Part shown: positions 11,241-23,519 of the stretch, piece by piece
Position numbering within the stretch: position 1 is the first letter of the stretch
Layout: each line of letters starts with the position of its first letter
Source of the DNA: Vicugna vicugna
Taxonomy: Eukaryota
Length of the DNA: 64,000 nt
Reading direction: 5' to 3'
Assembly: GCA_013265495.1 (NCBI GenBank)
Contig: MU059256.1
Location: 1,428,805-1,492,804 of the forward strand
Made by a program: the position numbers and the translations under genes
The notes under the pieces: model-generated
Told to the model about the DNA's origin: nothing
Seen by the model: the letters and a program-made list of their open reading frames with translations, nothing else
Databases searched by the model: none

Positions 11241-12334
11241 TACACTGAAGCATCCTGCCCTCCCTACCACCTGTCACCTATGACCATAACCCAGAGGTGG
11301 ACCCAGTTCTGCCTGTTTCCTGGTGTGCCCACCACTGCATCACGTTGTCTTGACCTTTGTTGGAGAATAAAAACCAGTCAAAATAGTAAAGGAAAGGCAC
11401 ACAGGAGACGGAGGTTGGTTATTGAGTTAAGCTATTTTCTCTCTCTATCTTTTTAAAACATAATTTGGTGAAATTAATTTATGTGCATAGGTCCAGCCAG
11501 TACCCTCTGCATGTTAAACTCTGCCCTGGATCTGAGCCGAAAAGGAAGCTTATGGGAAGCAATTCCTTGAGGCTGCTGGATGCACGTGGCACTGTTCTGA
11601 CTAAAGGTGGGAGCCACAGATCTTGAACTGGTAGGATTTGCCTTTGGCCCCAGCTGTCTTCCCAACCTGACCAGGAAGAGTTTAGAAGTGACATTATCAG
11701 CATGCTGACATCATATGCAATTAGAGATATTCTCATGGGCTGAGCGGCCCGCCAGCACCCTCGTTGCCCTGGCCTGGCATTTGATCCAACACCTGAGTTG
11801 ACTTGGCCGTAGTGGATTCTAGGGTTGCTACCAGGCCAAGTCAATCCAAGCTGGTCCCCAGAATTCCTTGGGCTTCCTTGGCTAGCAGGTCCTGATGTTT
11901 CTGCATTAAATCCATTTAGAGTAAATCATTTATCTGATCTAATGTTCCCCATCTGCAAAGGCCTGCATTTCAAATTGTTTTTCTAATCGGATTGTTTTAT
12001 TACTAACTTTATTGGATTAATTTTTGATTAATGTGCCTGGGACCCGCTGGGAGCTTTCCTCTTTTCCTCATCACTTGAAGAAAATACAAAGTTGAGAATT
12101 TTCAGAGAATTGGGTCTATGCTTGCCCAGAGTGATGTATCGTATGGGAGAAATCACCAGGCTGGTGCTGGGGAAGAGAAGAAAATATAACACTGAAGGGA
12201 GGCTTAAATGACCATGGGCTGTCAGCCAAATAGAGCAAGATATTACATAGGTAATAATAGCAACTTCTATCATTATCTGAGTGCCTGCTGGCTCCAGCAC
12301 CACTCTGAGAGGTTTAGCATCAAATTCTAGTTTT

Positions 12335-12505
12335 TAGAACAGCCGCTGGAATTAAAATATCTGGGTTCAAATTCTGGCTCAGCCACTTACTACTCATTGA
12401 CCTTGGGCACTGAGTTACTGACCTGCCTCTAAGCGGACTTCCTTGTGGAACTCTTAGTCCAGTGCCCAGCACATAGCAAGTGCTCAGTAAATATCAGCTA
12501 TTGTT
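12335..12505 (+). mobile_element. MIR SINE
   Basis: CTGGGTTCAAATTCTGGCTCAGCCACTTACT...GTGCCCAGCACATAGCAAGTGCTCAGTAAAT. Confidence 0.75.
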
Positions 12506-12539
12506 ATTGCTTTCTGGTCTGCTCCCATCCGCTAAGGTA

Positions 12540-12670
12540 AAGATTGTTATCTACGAAGACTCAGAGAAATCAACTAACTGGATCACGCAGCTAGGAAATG
12601 GTAACGCCGGAAGACAATTGACCCCGACCTTGAAACCAGGTCTACCAGATTCAAAATCCAGCACTCTCTC
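12540..12670 (-). mobile_element. MIR SINE fragment
   Basis: TTGAAACCAGGTCTACCAGATTCAAAATCC, reverse complement of the MIR head. Confidence 0.6.
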
Positions 12671-12884
12671 CACAGCATTGCAGCTTCTCTTTTCCCTTTT
12701 CTATTTGAAAGTATTTGAGGGCCGACCTATCAAGTCTATTATCACCTTCAGCATTTTCTCATGCAACCCTTTGGTCTTCCAGAATTCTCTAGGTGCTCAC
12801 ACTTGGCAACTCTATGGGGTAGGAGCATACATTCCACATCTTTATAGATTCCTGTGTCCCTGCCACACAGCAAGATTCAGAAAA

Positions 12885-13105
12885 TAATGCAGCAGACACT
12901 GGCATAGCTCTTACTCTGTGTTGGCTGCTGTTCTGTTTCATGAATATTTACCCATGTAATCTTCACAGCTCTCTGAGGCTACTGGTATTACTTCCCCTTA
13001 GAGATGAGGAAACTGATGTACAGAAAGCTGAAGAACTTGAACAGAGACATACAGCTCACAGGATAGAGTCGGGATTCAAAGTCTGGGCTCTGCTATGTTC
13101 TGCAT
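12885..13105 (-). mobile_element. MIR SINE
   Basis: AGATGAGGAAACTGA core. Confidence 0.75.
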
Positions 13106-13409
13106 TTGATAAAGCAAAAGAAAGAGCTGTCAGAACCTGACCTTGAGGAAAGTTCAATCTTGTACGGATAAGACCTGGTCCAGACACTGTTATTTATAAT
13201 TTACATCCCACCCACATTGCAAAAGGAATGTTAACAGGCTACCTTTAAAGAGCTGAAAATGTGCACCAGACACAGCGCCCTAATGGTCCTGTCTTGTCAA
13301 GCCTGTGAGGCAATGCTCAAGCCAGTTCTGCTTCTGGAACACCCTTCCACCTGGACGACGCCCCAGTCACCCATTAAGCCTCACCTACTGTCCCAGCAGG
13401 ATCTGAAGT

Positions 13410-13932
13410 TGTGAGGGTGACTAGTGACAACACGGCGAAGCTAATGCGATTAAAAGATAATTTTTATTTATTGCACTCCAAGAAGAGGGGGCATGCCATG
13501 CCACACAGGGTCACATGGGAAAGCACCAGGTTTGGGCAGGAAGAAGAGGAAACAAGGAGGAAGCATGACCCAGAGCCTGGATTGTGTTCTCCATGGGAAA
13601 GGCAGGGCAGGGCAGGGGAACAGCTTAGGACTGGCTCGTTTGAATAATGTCGGCAGCTCCGGTCTATAGAAGTGCTCTCTTGTGGTCTGTACCTGGCCCT
13701 ACGTTGGTTTCAGGCAGAGGAATATTGCCTCCTGGAATGTGAGAGCCAGGTAGAGAAAGTGGCTCTGAGTTTGGGCTCTGGATTGGCTAGTTTACATATG
13801 AAAGGTGTGTTTCCCAGACTTCTGCCATCGCTAAGAATTGACTAGCCTTAGGAGGGATAGCCTCTCTCCAGTCAGTGAGCTCACAAATACCACAGCATCA
13901 CAAATACAGAAAATGAGAAAATACAGTTAGCA
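13410..13932 (-). mobile_element. Ancient ERV(L)-class solo LTR
   Basis: Motif GGACTGGCTCGTTTGAATAAT...GTACCTGGCCCT recalled from old eutherian LTR consensi; AATAAA on minus at ~13463-13468. Family uncertain. Confidence 0.55.
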
Positions 13933-13984
13933 TTTTGGACCTTGGAAAGCTGTCCTCTGTTTCTCTATTCCTACTGTCTCCTAC

Positions 13985-14175
13985 TTTTTTTTTTTCATTC
14001 CCATAGCATCTAGGGCAGGTCCCTGTTATGAGATTCGATTTGCAGTTATTCCTATGTCTGCCTCCATGAGGGCAAAGATCAGGTCTTATCCATCATTCCA
14101 ACCGCAGTGTCTTACATGGTCCCTGGACCATGCTATGTGCTTGAGAAGCATTTGATGGTTGAATGAATGTGTGAG
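13985..14175 (+). mobile_element. L2 3' end
   Basis: CTCCATGAGGGCAAAGATCAGGTC...TTGAATGAATG. Confidence 0.7.
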
Positions 14176-14282
14176 AGGAACCTGAAACGGACCAGAGAGC
14201 AGGGAAGCAGTGGTATCAGAGATGACATCATACCTGTCGCTCCGCTCTAACTTTAGCTCAGTGTGTCCTGGCAGTCCAGACA

Positions 14283-14360
14283 AAACTGAAGGAGATGAAA
14301 ATGAAGACAAAGGAGAAGAAGAAAAGGACGAAGAAGGAGAGGAAGAAAGAGAAGGAGCAG
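14283..14360. repeat. GA-rich low-complexity tract
   Basis: GAA/GAG-rich run. Confidence 0.8.
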
Positions 14361-14989
14361 CCACTTGGGTTCAGTTACTCCCATTGCCTAGAAAATAAGT
14401 CATTCAACTTTTCGGAATAGAAACATTTTTTCTTGGTACTAAATTCTGTGGGGTACTCGCTAAATTTGGTCTCATGGACAGAGCATCGAGCCGTAATTTA
14501 ATGGGCAATATTTTGGCAGAAACACCTATATAGTCATCATGTGGTCATTCTGTTCCTTGAACCTGGATAAAATAGAAAGACTGTGGTTAAAACATCTGCA
14601 AAAGCATTCCCATGGGTATCTAAGCTAATGAAGGACAAACATCTGCTCTACCTCTGGGGATCTAACAGGACATCTGTAGCCCAGAGGAGTGTGTCGCTAA
14701 CACAATGTATATGTTGTCTCTCTTAAATGTCACCCAACTCAACTTGCCTTTGACAGGAGCTGAAGAGATCTGTCAAGATCACAACTGAGCTCTTAGACAA
14801 GGATCTGGAGTACGACTGATCAGAAACTGAACCATCTGCTTCAGCTGCTGCCCTGTGTCCTGGAGGCAGAGAGCCTTCGAGAGCCTAAACACCCACCAGT
14901 CTGACATCCCAGGATTTATCATCTTACGCTCTTTTCTTGCAAGTGTTGTCTGAGCCCTCACTCCCAGTCATGTCTTTCTTTTTACTTTT

Positions 14990-15210
14990 TTTGGAAAGGA
15001 TGACTTTACTGAGGGATAATTTATATACCACAAAATTTGTGCATTTTTAAGTGTACAATTCAATAACTTAAAGTAAATTTTTACAGAGTTGTGCAAACAT
15101 CACCACAATCTAATTTTAGAACATTTCCATCATGCCAGAAAGAAACCTCATGCCTATTGACTTGCAGTCACTCCTAGTTCTCACCTCTGGTTCCAGGCAA
15201 CTGCGAAGCA
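14990..15210 (-). mobile_element. L1MB-type 3' end
   Basis: AAGTGTACAATTCAAT...GTTGTGCAAACATCACCACAATCTAATTTTAGAACATTTCCATCA. Confidence 0.8.
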
Positions 15211-15464
15211 CCCTCATCTTTCACTCTATCACTTAAACTCTTTTCTACCCAAACTTGACAACTCAGGCTGTTAGAGTTTTTTAAGCAAGAACATCTCTTT
15301 GCTTTTTATGGAAGTCAGTGTAAAAGAATGAAATTTGTTTTCACTTAGCAGGTGACTTGGCAAAACTGTAGCTTTGCATTAAGGTAGAAATACCAATAGC
15401 CAAATATGATAAGACCACAAATCTCTGTAAGTTAAGGTTATTCACTGACATCATTCTGATCGCC

Positions 15465-15540
15465 CAGCTGCAACCCCACTGTGGGGCTTGGACAAGTCAC
15501 TTCCTCTCTCAGGGGCTCAGCTTCTTCAGCCAAGTGATTG
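15465..15540 (+). mobile_element. MIR fragment
   Basis: TTGGACAAGTCACTTCCTCTCTCAGGGGCTCAGCTTC. Confidence 0.55.
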
Positions 15541-17239
15541 CCAAGGTTTCCACCAGCTTTAGGTTTACCCGATTCTTTAGTGGAAGTGAGAGGGTTCGAT
15601 ACATGGTAATGAAGGTTCTTTTCTTCCTCTTAGTAAACTACCCTTGTTCAAAGATCAGCAAATCCGACACCTGCCTGAGAAATCATTTTTCACCCACCAC
15701 GTTGTTTGTGGCTGGTTCCACCAGATGAGGCTTTTCACTGAAGGATACAATACTTTTAAACACATTTTAGTTTCTTTCTTTGTTTAAAACGTATTTTTCT
15801 GGGCAAGAGAGATAGGCAGCCTTACATGAATTCAAACAGCATGTGGCAGCTACACAGAAGTAAATTACTATTGAGTGCAAAGTTAGGATCAACCCAATGA
15901 GGCAGCTGATGGGGGAGAGAGGTGACCTTAAATGTAAATGGAAACGTGGTTCCTTCTGATTGGAGGAAAGCATCCTGGAGAGTGGAGGTGGGAAGCTCTG
16001 TGCCTGCCTTCTTTCTATTCCAAATCTTCACATTCTGTACACTGAGTTTACTGATATGATGCAATCCTGTGTTCTGCTAAAGGCTGAGAATGGCAGCCAG
16101 AGAACTTCTCCTAGGTTCTGCCTGAGATCACTAGTGAACTTTGGGTGAGCCCTGCATGATCATTTCCCCATTGTCGGGGGTCCCAGGCTGGACCTGTGAG
16201 CCAGGGGAGAATCTAAATCTTAGCAGAGGTGGAAATACTTTGACCATAAAAACTCACAGTCAAAAAGCAGATCTAAGGGTAAGGCAAGGCCATAAAATGT
16301 AAACAAAGACTGAGGCTGAAGATGACCCTGTGCATGAAGCCCACCACGCAGGCTGGTCCTTCAGAGCAAATCCCCCAGCCCCAGCCTACCAGCAGCTTCC
16401 CCCATGGACTTGGGGTTTGCAAGAAGGTTGGTCCAGAAGGAGTCAAGCATGTATCTAAAAAGGGAAGAAAGCAAGATCCTCCAGGAGCATTCCTGCACTC
16501 TAGCTTCCTTGCCCTGTGGAATAATATGGCCCTGGAGAAAATTAGAGTCAGAGAAGGGAATCAATTCTCTCAGAATCTCCTGGGTCAGTCATGTCGTTTG
16601 AAGATATCTGAAGCTCCCAGAAAGGTCACTCTACAGGACAGAGCCCTCCCGTAACTTAATTTCCTTTTGTTACATTGTGAGCTTCATTTTCTCCCACTCT
16701 CACTTCCCTTCTATCTCTTTCCCAGGCCTGCCAAGTCCTGTTTATTAAAAGTGTTGCATCCAATTTACCCAGCTTTTAATTAAGCTGTCAAGTTGAAACG
16801 GGATTGTCTCCTGGGAAGCAAAACAGAGATTTCATGGTCATTTAATTTTTGCTTAGGATTTAAAATCCTACTTCTGGCATGCTTAAAATTATTAATGAGA
16901 TCCAGAAATTCTTGCCCATTTGTGTCCATTACAAGACATAAATCATTAAGCTCAATTAGGGGCAAGGGAAACTTGTGGAGTTAGATGTAGAGATTGTGTA
17001 CAGTCACTACTCAAAGCAGCCAAGCGATGGAGGTGGGACCTTCCGGGGCTGGGTGGGGAAGAGGACAGGATGGGAGGCAGCAGATGGCAGAGTTTGGAAA
17101 GAAGCGATGGAGAGAACAGAAGGAGGGAACATTCAAATGGCTGAGTGGTCAAGAAATGGAGTTCAGATGGATCAGGGAGGGAAACAGGAGAGAAGGGAAT
17201 GAGAACAGTGGATTACAGGGGATGAGGGGCACCACATCT

Positions 17240-17635
17240 CTAGTGATCACCAATCGTTCTGGTTTTCCTCTTCTTCAAACACAAGGGGAGATTATACGTC
17301 CCTGACCCCTGATTATATGTAACTATGTGAACTTCCTTTGGCCAATGAAATAAGAGCAGAAGTGATCTATGTCTCCTCCAGGTGGAAGTACTTAAAAGCT
17401 GGCATGTGATTCCCCTTGTCTTCTCCCCTGTTAGAGTGTGGAGATGGCGATGTCATTCACTTACCTAACCCTCTGTCAGCCTGGGCTCCTGAGTGACCAA
17501 GATGATCAGAACCCTCCAGTGACATGCTTTAAGTATGTTGTGTGAATGAGAAATAAAGCTGTATTGTTATAGGCCACTGAGATTCTGGAAGTGTTTGTTA
17601 CTTCATCATAACTCAACCAATTAGAACTGATAATA
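17240..17635 (+). mobile_element. MaLR solo LTR (MLT1I/J/K-like)
   Basis: TTTGGCCAATGAAATAAGAGCAGAAGTGA, AATAAA at 17552, GCCACTGAGATT...TTTGTTAC terminus. Confidence 0.75.
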
Positions 17636-19274
17636 GGCGGATTGAAAGCAGAGACACCAGCTGGGCCACGGAAGACGCCGGGGGCGGGGAAAGCTGGTAG
17701 GAACCAGAACGTGCTACGAGTACAGAGAGGTGGGAGGTAAAAATCTGAGCAATTTGAATTCCCAGACCCTGGACAGTGGTTTGCATAGAATAGGCCTGTG
17801 AAATGGAATCAAATGGAAAAGAATGTGAGTTGTATTTTTAAGTCTTGATCACATGCTTGTTGACATGGTCCTTGGGTTCCTGTTACTTCCCAAAGAGAGA
17901 CTTCTGACTCCTAAACCTCTCCATTACCAGGTGTGTTTAGGAGGGGGTAGAGCTAGAGAGGTTCCCGACACTCACAAACTCGTCTACACCAGCCAACGTC
18001 CACCCTGAGCTTCTACTTTACGTCTCTCTCCTCAAGACCTCGCCTACTGTCCTCTAAGATCGCTTCCTCTTGCTTGGTCTTCCCAAAACCAGAATACTGG
18101 TCCCAAGACTGTCCACTCTTAGGTCCTGGGAGAGCCCCCCTGGGGCTGCTGTTTCCCTCTATTGAGACCTTTGACAAGACCACATAGGTAGAACAGACAA
18201 CACGGCGCTTGGCACACGAGGAACTTGATTGACGTCTGTCAGCTCCCACCTTCCCTCTGGGAGGTACTTCTCAGGTCCTTTCCAAACATCCTACTCCAGG
18301 AAATCCCATCAAAATGGATTTTGCAGTTGGAAGAGAAGAGAGAGAGAGGTTGTTGGGGAAACCAAATTCAGTGTTTTGCCGCTTCAACCCAGACCAGCCT
18401 CCTCATAGGCAATAGGGACATTAATGTATGATTCAGAACAGACTTCTGGCCCAGACCTGTGTGCACAGGTCTCTAAGATAAACTAGGTCTGCTTTTTGTT
18501 CCTGTTTTAAGACAAATTTCTTGGGAAGTTAGTCAATGAGGTAGATGGGGCCCAGGTTTACATGAAAAGGATCACTTTTCTAATTCCCCAAAGCGACAAG
18601 GTCTCAAGTGTTGGGTGGAGCACAGTGAGAGCCACACCGAACCCAGGTCACTGTGGTTTACTGGCCACCACTGCCACGTGCACACAAACACACACATGCA
18701 CACGTGCCCCAGGAGACCCCACTCTCAGATCCTCTGCCCGTGGCTTCCTCCCCATCAGAAATGTCAGGAAGCTGGGGAGAGGGCACATATCATGGGATGC
18801 CACAAAAACGTGGCCACACTGAGAGCAGAAGCTGCTTCTCAGTCTTTCCTTGGGGCCCAAGCACTGTGCCTCCACGTGATGGCCAGCGTGAACTGGGCAG
18901 CACGTCCGACTAGGATCTAGGTGGGGGTAGATTTTTTTGATCCTAACACCATCGAAGGATGGGGAGTGTGTTAGGCTGGGTCAGAAGAGAGTGGAGAAGA
19001 AGATGGAGGCAACATGGGAAGAGGGGTATAATCGCTCAGGAGTGCAAGGACGAGCCTCCTCTCTCCCTGCAGCCTTCCTGTCTCTGCTCCCCTGGGTACA
19101 CGGTGGGAAGTGGTGCCATCACTATCTGAACCTGTGTCACCTGCAAGCGAGGCATCTGCAGTGAGGTGTTCAAGTCTCTGACTCTCAAGTTTCCAGGAGA
19201 GAGGAACGTAGAGCCCTAGCAGGGTGCCTGAAACACAAGAGGAGCTCGGTAAGTGGTGTTTTATTATGGACGTT

Positions 19275-19460
19275 AAGACTTGAATTACAATCCTGGTTCT
19301 GCTTCTGATGGCTGTGCCTTCTTGGACAAGTCACTTCATCACCTTGAGCCCTGGTCATTTCTGAAAAAGGTGGCAGTAATGTTGGCCTCTGTTGCCTCTC
19401 AAGGGTATTGTTAATATTGAAGTCAAAAAGGATATGAAAATGCTTTGTAAATTCTGAAGT
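19275..19460 (+). mobile_element. MIR SINE
   Basis: CTTGGACAAGTCACTTCATCACCTTGAGCC core. Confidence 0.65.
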
Positions 19461-19499
19461 TCAGTGGATGTGAAGGAATCTATTCCCTTTTTATAATAA

Positions 19500-19660
19500 T
19501 CTTCATCATCAGTAGCAGCTCCACCACCATCACTGTCATCATCATCACTACCATTACCACCAACACCACCATCGCCACCATCCCCACCACCATTACCATC
19601 ATCACCTCTATCATCCTCCTCCTCCTCACCATCATCATCTCCATGACTGCCACCACAACC
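19500..19660. repeat. Imperfect (CAT/CAC)n trinucleotide tract
   Basis: Direct reading. Confidence 0.9.
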
Positions 19661-19789
19661 AAGCGGCTCAGTGCCATCTTGGTTCCGACGGGTTTTCAGA
19701 AGTTGTGCACCTACAACTTCATAATTCCCTCCTCCCATCACTCAGTGTGCCCTCCAAATCTTGGACTGATTCACCTGTGATGACTCTTA

Positions 19790-20010
19790 TTTATTCATTC
19801 ATTTATTCAACAAATATTCATTGAACACATTCTATATTCCAAGCCCTCTTCTAGATTTCGGGGATATATATCAGCAACCAAAATTGACAAAGATTCATAA
19901 CATCATGGAACTTACATTATAGTGTGGGAGGGAGAGAGTAACAATAAGTAATAAGCATGATATACAAGTAGATTATATGATATGTTAGAAGATCATCAAG
20001 CCAAAGAGAA
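19790..20010 (-). mobile_element. L2 3' end
   Basis: ATTCATTCATTTATTCAACAAATATTCATTGAACAC. Confidence 0.7.
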
Positions 20011-20634
20011 ACAAGAGCATAGAGGGAGGTCAGGGAACCCAAGGAGAAGGACCAGACAGAGCCATCTCCCCGTGCCTTCTCCACAGTCTGCACTCTTCCC
20101 ACCATCATGGAAAACTTCACAGTCTAATATTTCTTATTTCACTGTGATCTTCATTGACAAGGTCATTATTCAACAAATATAAATGACTCTAACTCAAAAC
20201 CAAAAAAAAAAAATCCAATTAAAGAGAGATTTCAAAACAAGGTACAGTGAATTAGTGAATTATTCACAATAAAACTGGGATCTCATTCAACATGAAGAGC
20301 AAAGTCAAAGTGCTGTAGAGCTGGAAGATGGAAAATGCCTAATGGGGCTCCTCCAGCTGGACCTTGAGCTGTGCCCTGAGCTTTCCTGCTGCACCAACCA
20401 GAGGCTGACACGATGATGGGCGGATGATCCTTTCCTCTCTCTGGGGCCTCAAAAGCCTTCCCTTGGCCTCTGTCCTGTCCCAGGCCCCCAGCTCTGGCCA
20501 AAACAGAAAGTTAGGTCCAATGTGGTTTAGAAGGGCTGGCAGCCCCAGTCTCTCTCACCCACATACCTGTGTCTCTCTTCTGGTCTCCTTCTTCTCCCAG
20601 GACCCCTGTTACGTCTTATCTTTAGTCTGACCCT

Positions 20635-20780
20635 CATTTCTATCCATTCTTTCCTTCAAGTAACATTTAGTGAACACCTACTCTGTGCCAAGCCCCTTGC
20701 TAGCACAAGGAACACAGAGCTGGGTGACACAGGGCCCCTGCTGAAGGAGCCCACATCCTAGGACAGACAAGCCCATAAAA
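20635..20780 (-). mobile_element. L2 3' end
   Basis: AACATTTAGTGAACACCTACTCTGTGCCAAGCC. Confidence 0.7.
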
Positions 20781-22059
20781 CTTCACAAGTGGCTAAGATG
20801 AATGCTTTGACAGGGATTGTGCAAAAGGCTAGGTGAACACTTGGTGGAGAAATTATACTCCAGGAAAACTGAGCAATAGACATAGTCCTTGCCCCTGCCC
20901 TCTTCCAGGCTGGGAGCCCCTCTGAACACTCCTGTGTTTGCATCCACTGTCATCCTTTCTACTTTGTGCTGTAAGTGTGCGTTTTCTCAGCTGGCCTCGC
21001 CACCAGACGGTGAGATGTCTAGCAGGACCTGAGCTTCCTTAATAGTCCTTGTATCCTGAGCACATAGCCCAGAGGATGACTCAGAATATGTTATTAGTTC
21101 CTGTGTTCGATGACTTTTGGGCTGGGCTTCCAAAGATGAGTCAGAGTTCAACAGGTGGGGGAGGGAAGAGTAAACTCAATCATGCTGTGCCTTCGTCCCC
21201 ACTGCCAGCTATTCAGGATGAAAGCCACAAATTAGCCAAAGGAATGAACCACTAATAGCGGAATTTCAGGCATTGGAAGAGGCAGAGAAGTGGGGCAGGT
21301 GAACTTCCCAATGCCTTCCCTCATAATTAAAGTCCCCTCTGATATGTTTTCAGCAGTATGTGAAAGATTTTTAGACAGGTGGTCTAATTGTGTCCCCATG
21401 AGGAGAAATGCTTCCAGTCCCTCATCATAGCCCCAGATGTATGATCTAGTCCAAGACCGTATGCAGCCTCAGTCAAAGCGTATTCCTCTCTAGGCTGATT
21501 ACTTTATTTGTAAAACGAGAGAATTGGACTAGATGACATTTACATTCCTGCCAATCCCAAGTTCTAAGTTTCTCTGGTTCTGAAGGGATCTGCTTAGGTA
21601 GGGAAACCTGAGGCTCTCCCCCAGTTGATTACAAAGTGAAAAACAAAAGCCTCAAAGTCATTCACATGTCCCACCGATTGCGTTCATGGCTTCTCTGGCC
21701 TTCGTTATAAAAACACTTACCATAAATCAGGCCCCACCTGCTTATCTGCTTATTTGATCATTACTACCCCCTAATGTTCTTATTTAAAAAATTTTTGAAG
21801 TACAGTCTGGAGAGGTTAAACAGAGCTATTGATCCACAGCTACTAAGTGCCAAAGTCAGGGCACAATTTTTTCCTTCCAAATCACCAGACCTCTGATGGG
21901 AAAGGCCCACATCCCATTACTTCACCCACATCGACATTCATCCAGCCCATCTGGCTCCAGACGCTGGGTTTTAGAGCTGGAGAAGATCCAGGATTTTCCC
22001 CCTGGTCTTCTTCATAAGTTAAGATCAGAGGCAGGGCTGCCAACAAATACACAAAGAGA

Positions 22060-22215
22060 CCACAAACAATTCAGACCTGTTTGGGTGGATGACAGCAGAT
22101 TGGAGGCTTAGCTAGGTATTTGTGCATAAAAGGTCCTCACTGTATTTTTATTGAGTGACTAAATGGGTGAATGGGGGATGGACTGATGGATGATGGCTGG
22201 ATGATGGATGGATGA
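22060..22215 (+). mobile_element. L2 3' end with GGAT/GAAT-type tail
   Basis: TATTTTTATTGAGTGACTAAATGGGTGAATG followed by (GATG)n. Confidence 0.5.
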
Positions 22216-22504
22216 GAGTAGCGATTTAGTCTCTTCCCTTGTTAGATGTCAGCTTCCAAAAAGACGTGACCCACCTATACAAGGGAAACACAAGATATTG
22301 CTGTCAGCCCCTGGGAGTGTCTCCAGGCAGGACTGATTTTAAAGGAAGGCAAGCGAGATGCCCAGGATACAAAATTTAAGGAGGCACTCCTTATCCATGA
22401 ATTTTGCTTTCCTAGGCACCTCCCTTGCCTCACTGTGCTCGACTCCCTCACTTTTCCCCTCCTTTTCTGGTTCACATTATTCTGACATCTTCAGCCTAGT
22501 GTTT

Positions 22505-22678
22505 GTCAACCCGGGCTGCACAATAGAATCATCCAAGAGGCTTTTTTTAAAAATACCCAAATGGGAGCTCAGCCTGCCAAGTCGAATCAGAAACTCTGGT
22601 AGGGGGACCCAAGTGGCAACATTTGTTGCAAGCCCCCAGCTCCAACTTGCAGCCAGGGTTGAGAGCCACTGGCTCTGC
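22505..22678. mobile_element. MER5-family hAT MITE
   Basis: GGCTGCACAATAGAATCATCC...AATCAGAAACTCTGG...CAGCCAGGGTTGAGAGCCACTG. Confidence 0.7.
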
Positions 22679-22899
22679 TCCTCCTGATCAGTGACCCAGT
22701 TTCAGGCTGTTTTCTGCGGCATCATTCTCACCTGTGCCATCTTCTGTATCAGACGCTACGGAGCAGGCTCCCCTCTGCTCCCGCTGGGCTCTTGTAGGGG
22801 TGATTAGTGAAACATCTCTTTCCGTTTTTACTCACAGCCCCCACTTTGCCCTGAGATGATGCTACATCCATAGACGCCAGCCTCAAGATTAATACTATA

Positions 22900-23130
22900 A
22901 AACATAATTGTTTGCATTTATTAAAGGTTCGCAGTCTGCCAGCGGCGTGCTGAACTCTTTATAGGTGTTTCACTTATCATTCTGTTAACCCCGTGAAGTA
23001 GACTCCATATTTAACTCGGATTTTGGAAATTAGGTAAGAGAGGAACAGAGAGGGAAGGAACTTGCCCTAAATCATACAGCTAAGAAGTGGAAGAATTAGA
23101 ATTCCAATGCAGGGGCATGGCCCCTGGGGC
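22900..23130 (-). mobile_element. MIR SINE
   Basis: GAACTTGCCCTAAATCATACAGCTAAGAAGTGG. Confidence 0.6.
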
Positions 23131-23519
23131 CAGCCCCTTCACTGCTGTGCTTGGTCCCTGTCACCAAGGTGTTGCCTCAGTCAAGCCTGGTCAACCTGGA
23201 GTCTTGGAAGGCATGGGTGCGTTCTTTCTCTTGGTGCAAAGACTGTCACTTGTGTCTACTCCGTGGACACTCCAGGAGCAACACAGCTTACATCGCCAGT
23301 TGGAACCTGTTTTCAGAACATCCTTTCTCTCATTTCATCCTTCCTGGTCCCGCAGCCCCAGAACCTAGGTATGATCATCTCCTACTTCACCTAGTGTTAG
23401 AGGTTATATCACTCACCAAGGTCACACGACTTGTCCCAGTAGTTGAATTCTGACCCGAATCCCTCCGATAGGAAAGTCCTAGCTTTTCCCTCTACGCCAG
23501 GTGAGAAGAGCTGCTATGC

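Noticed and set aside
14210-14398. Acidic ORF (EGDENEDKGEEEKDEEGEEE)
   Set aside because: Translation of a GA-rich low-complexity tract with no convincing splice sites.
19355-19741. D/G-rich and V/M-rich ORFs
   Set aside because: Products of the (CAT/CAC)n repeat flanked by MIR and L2.
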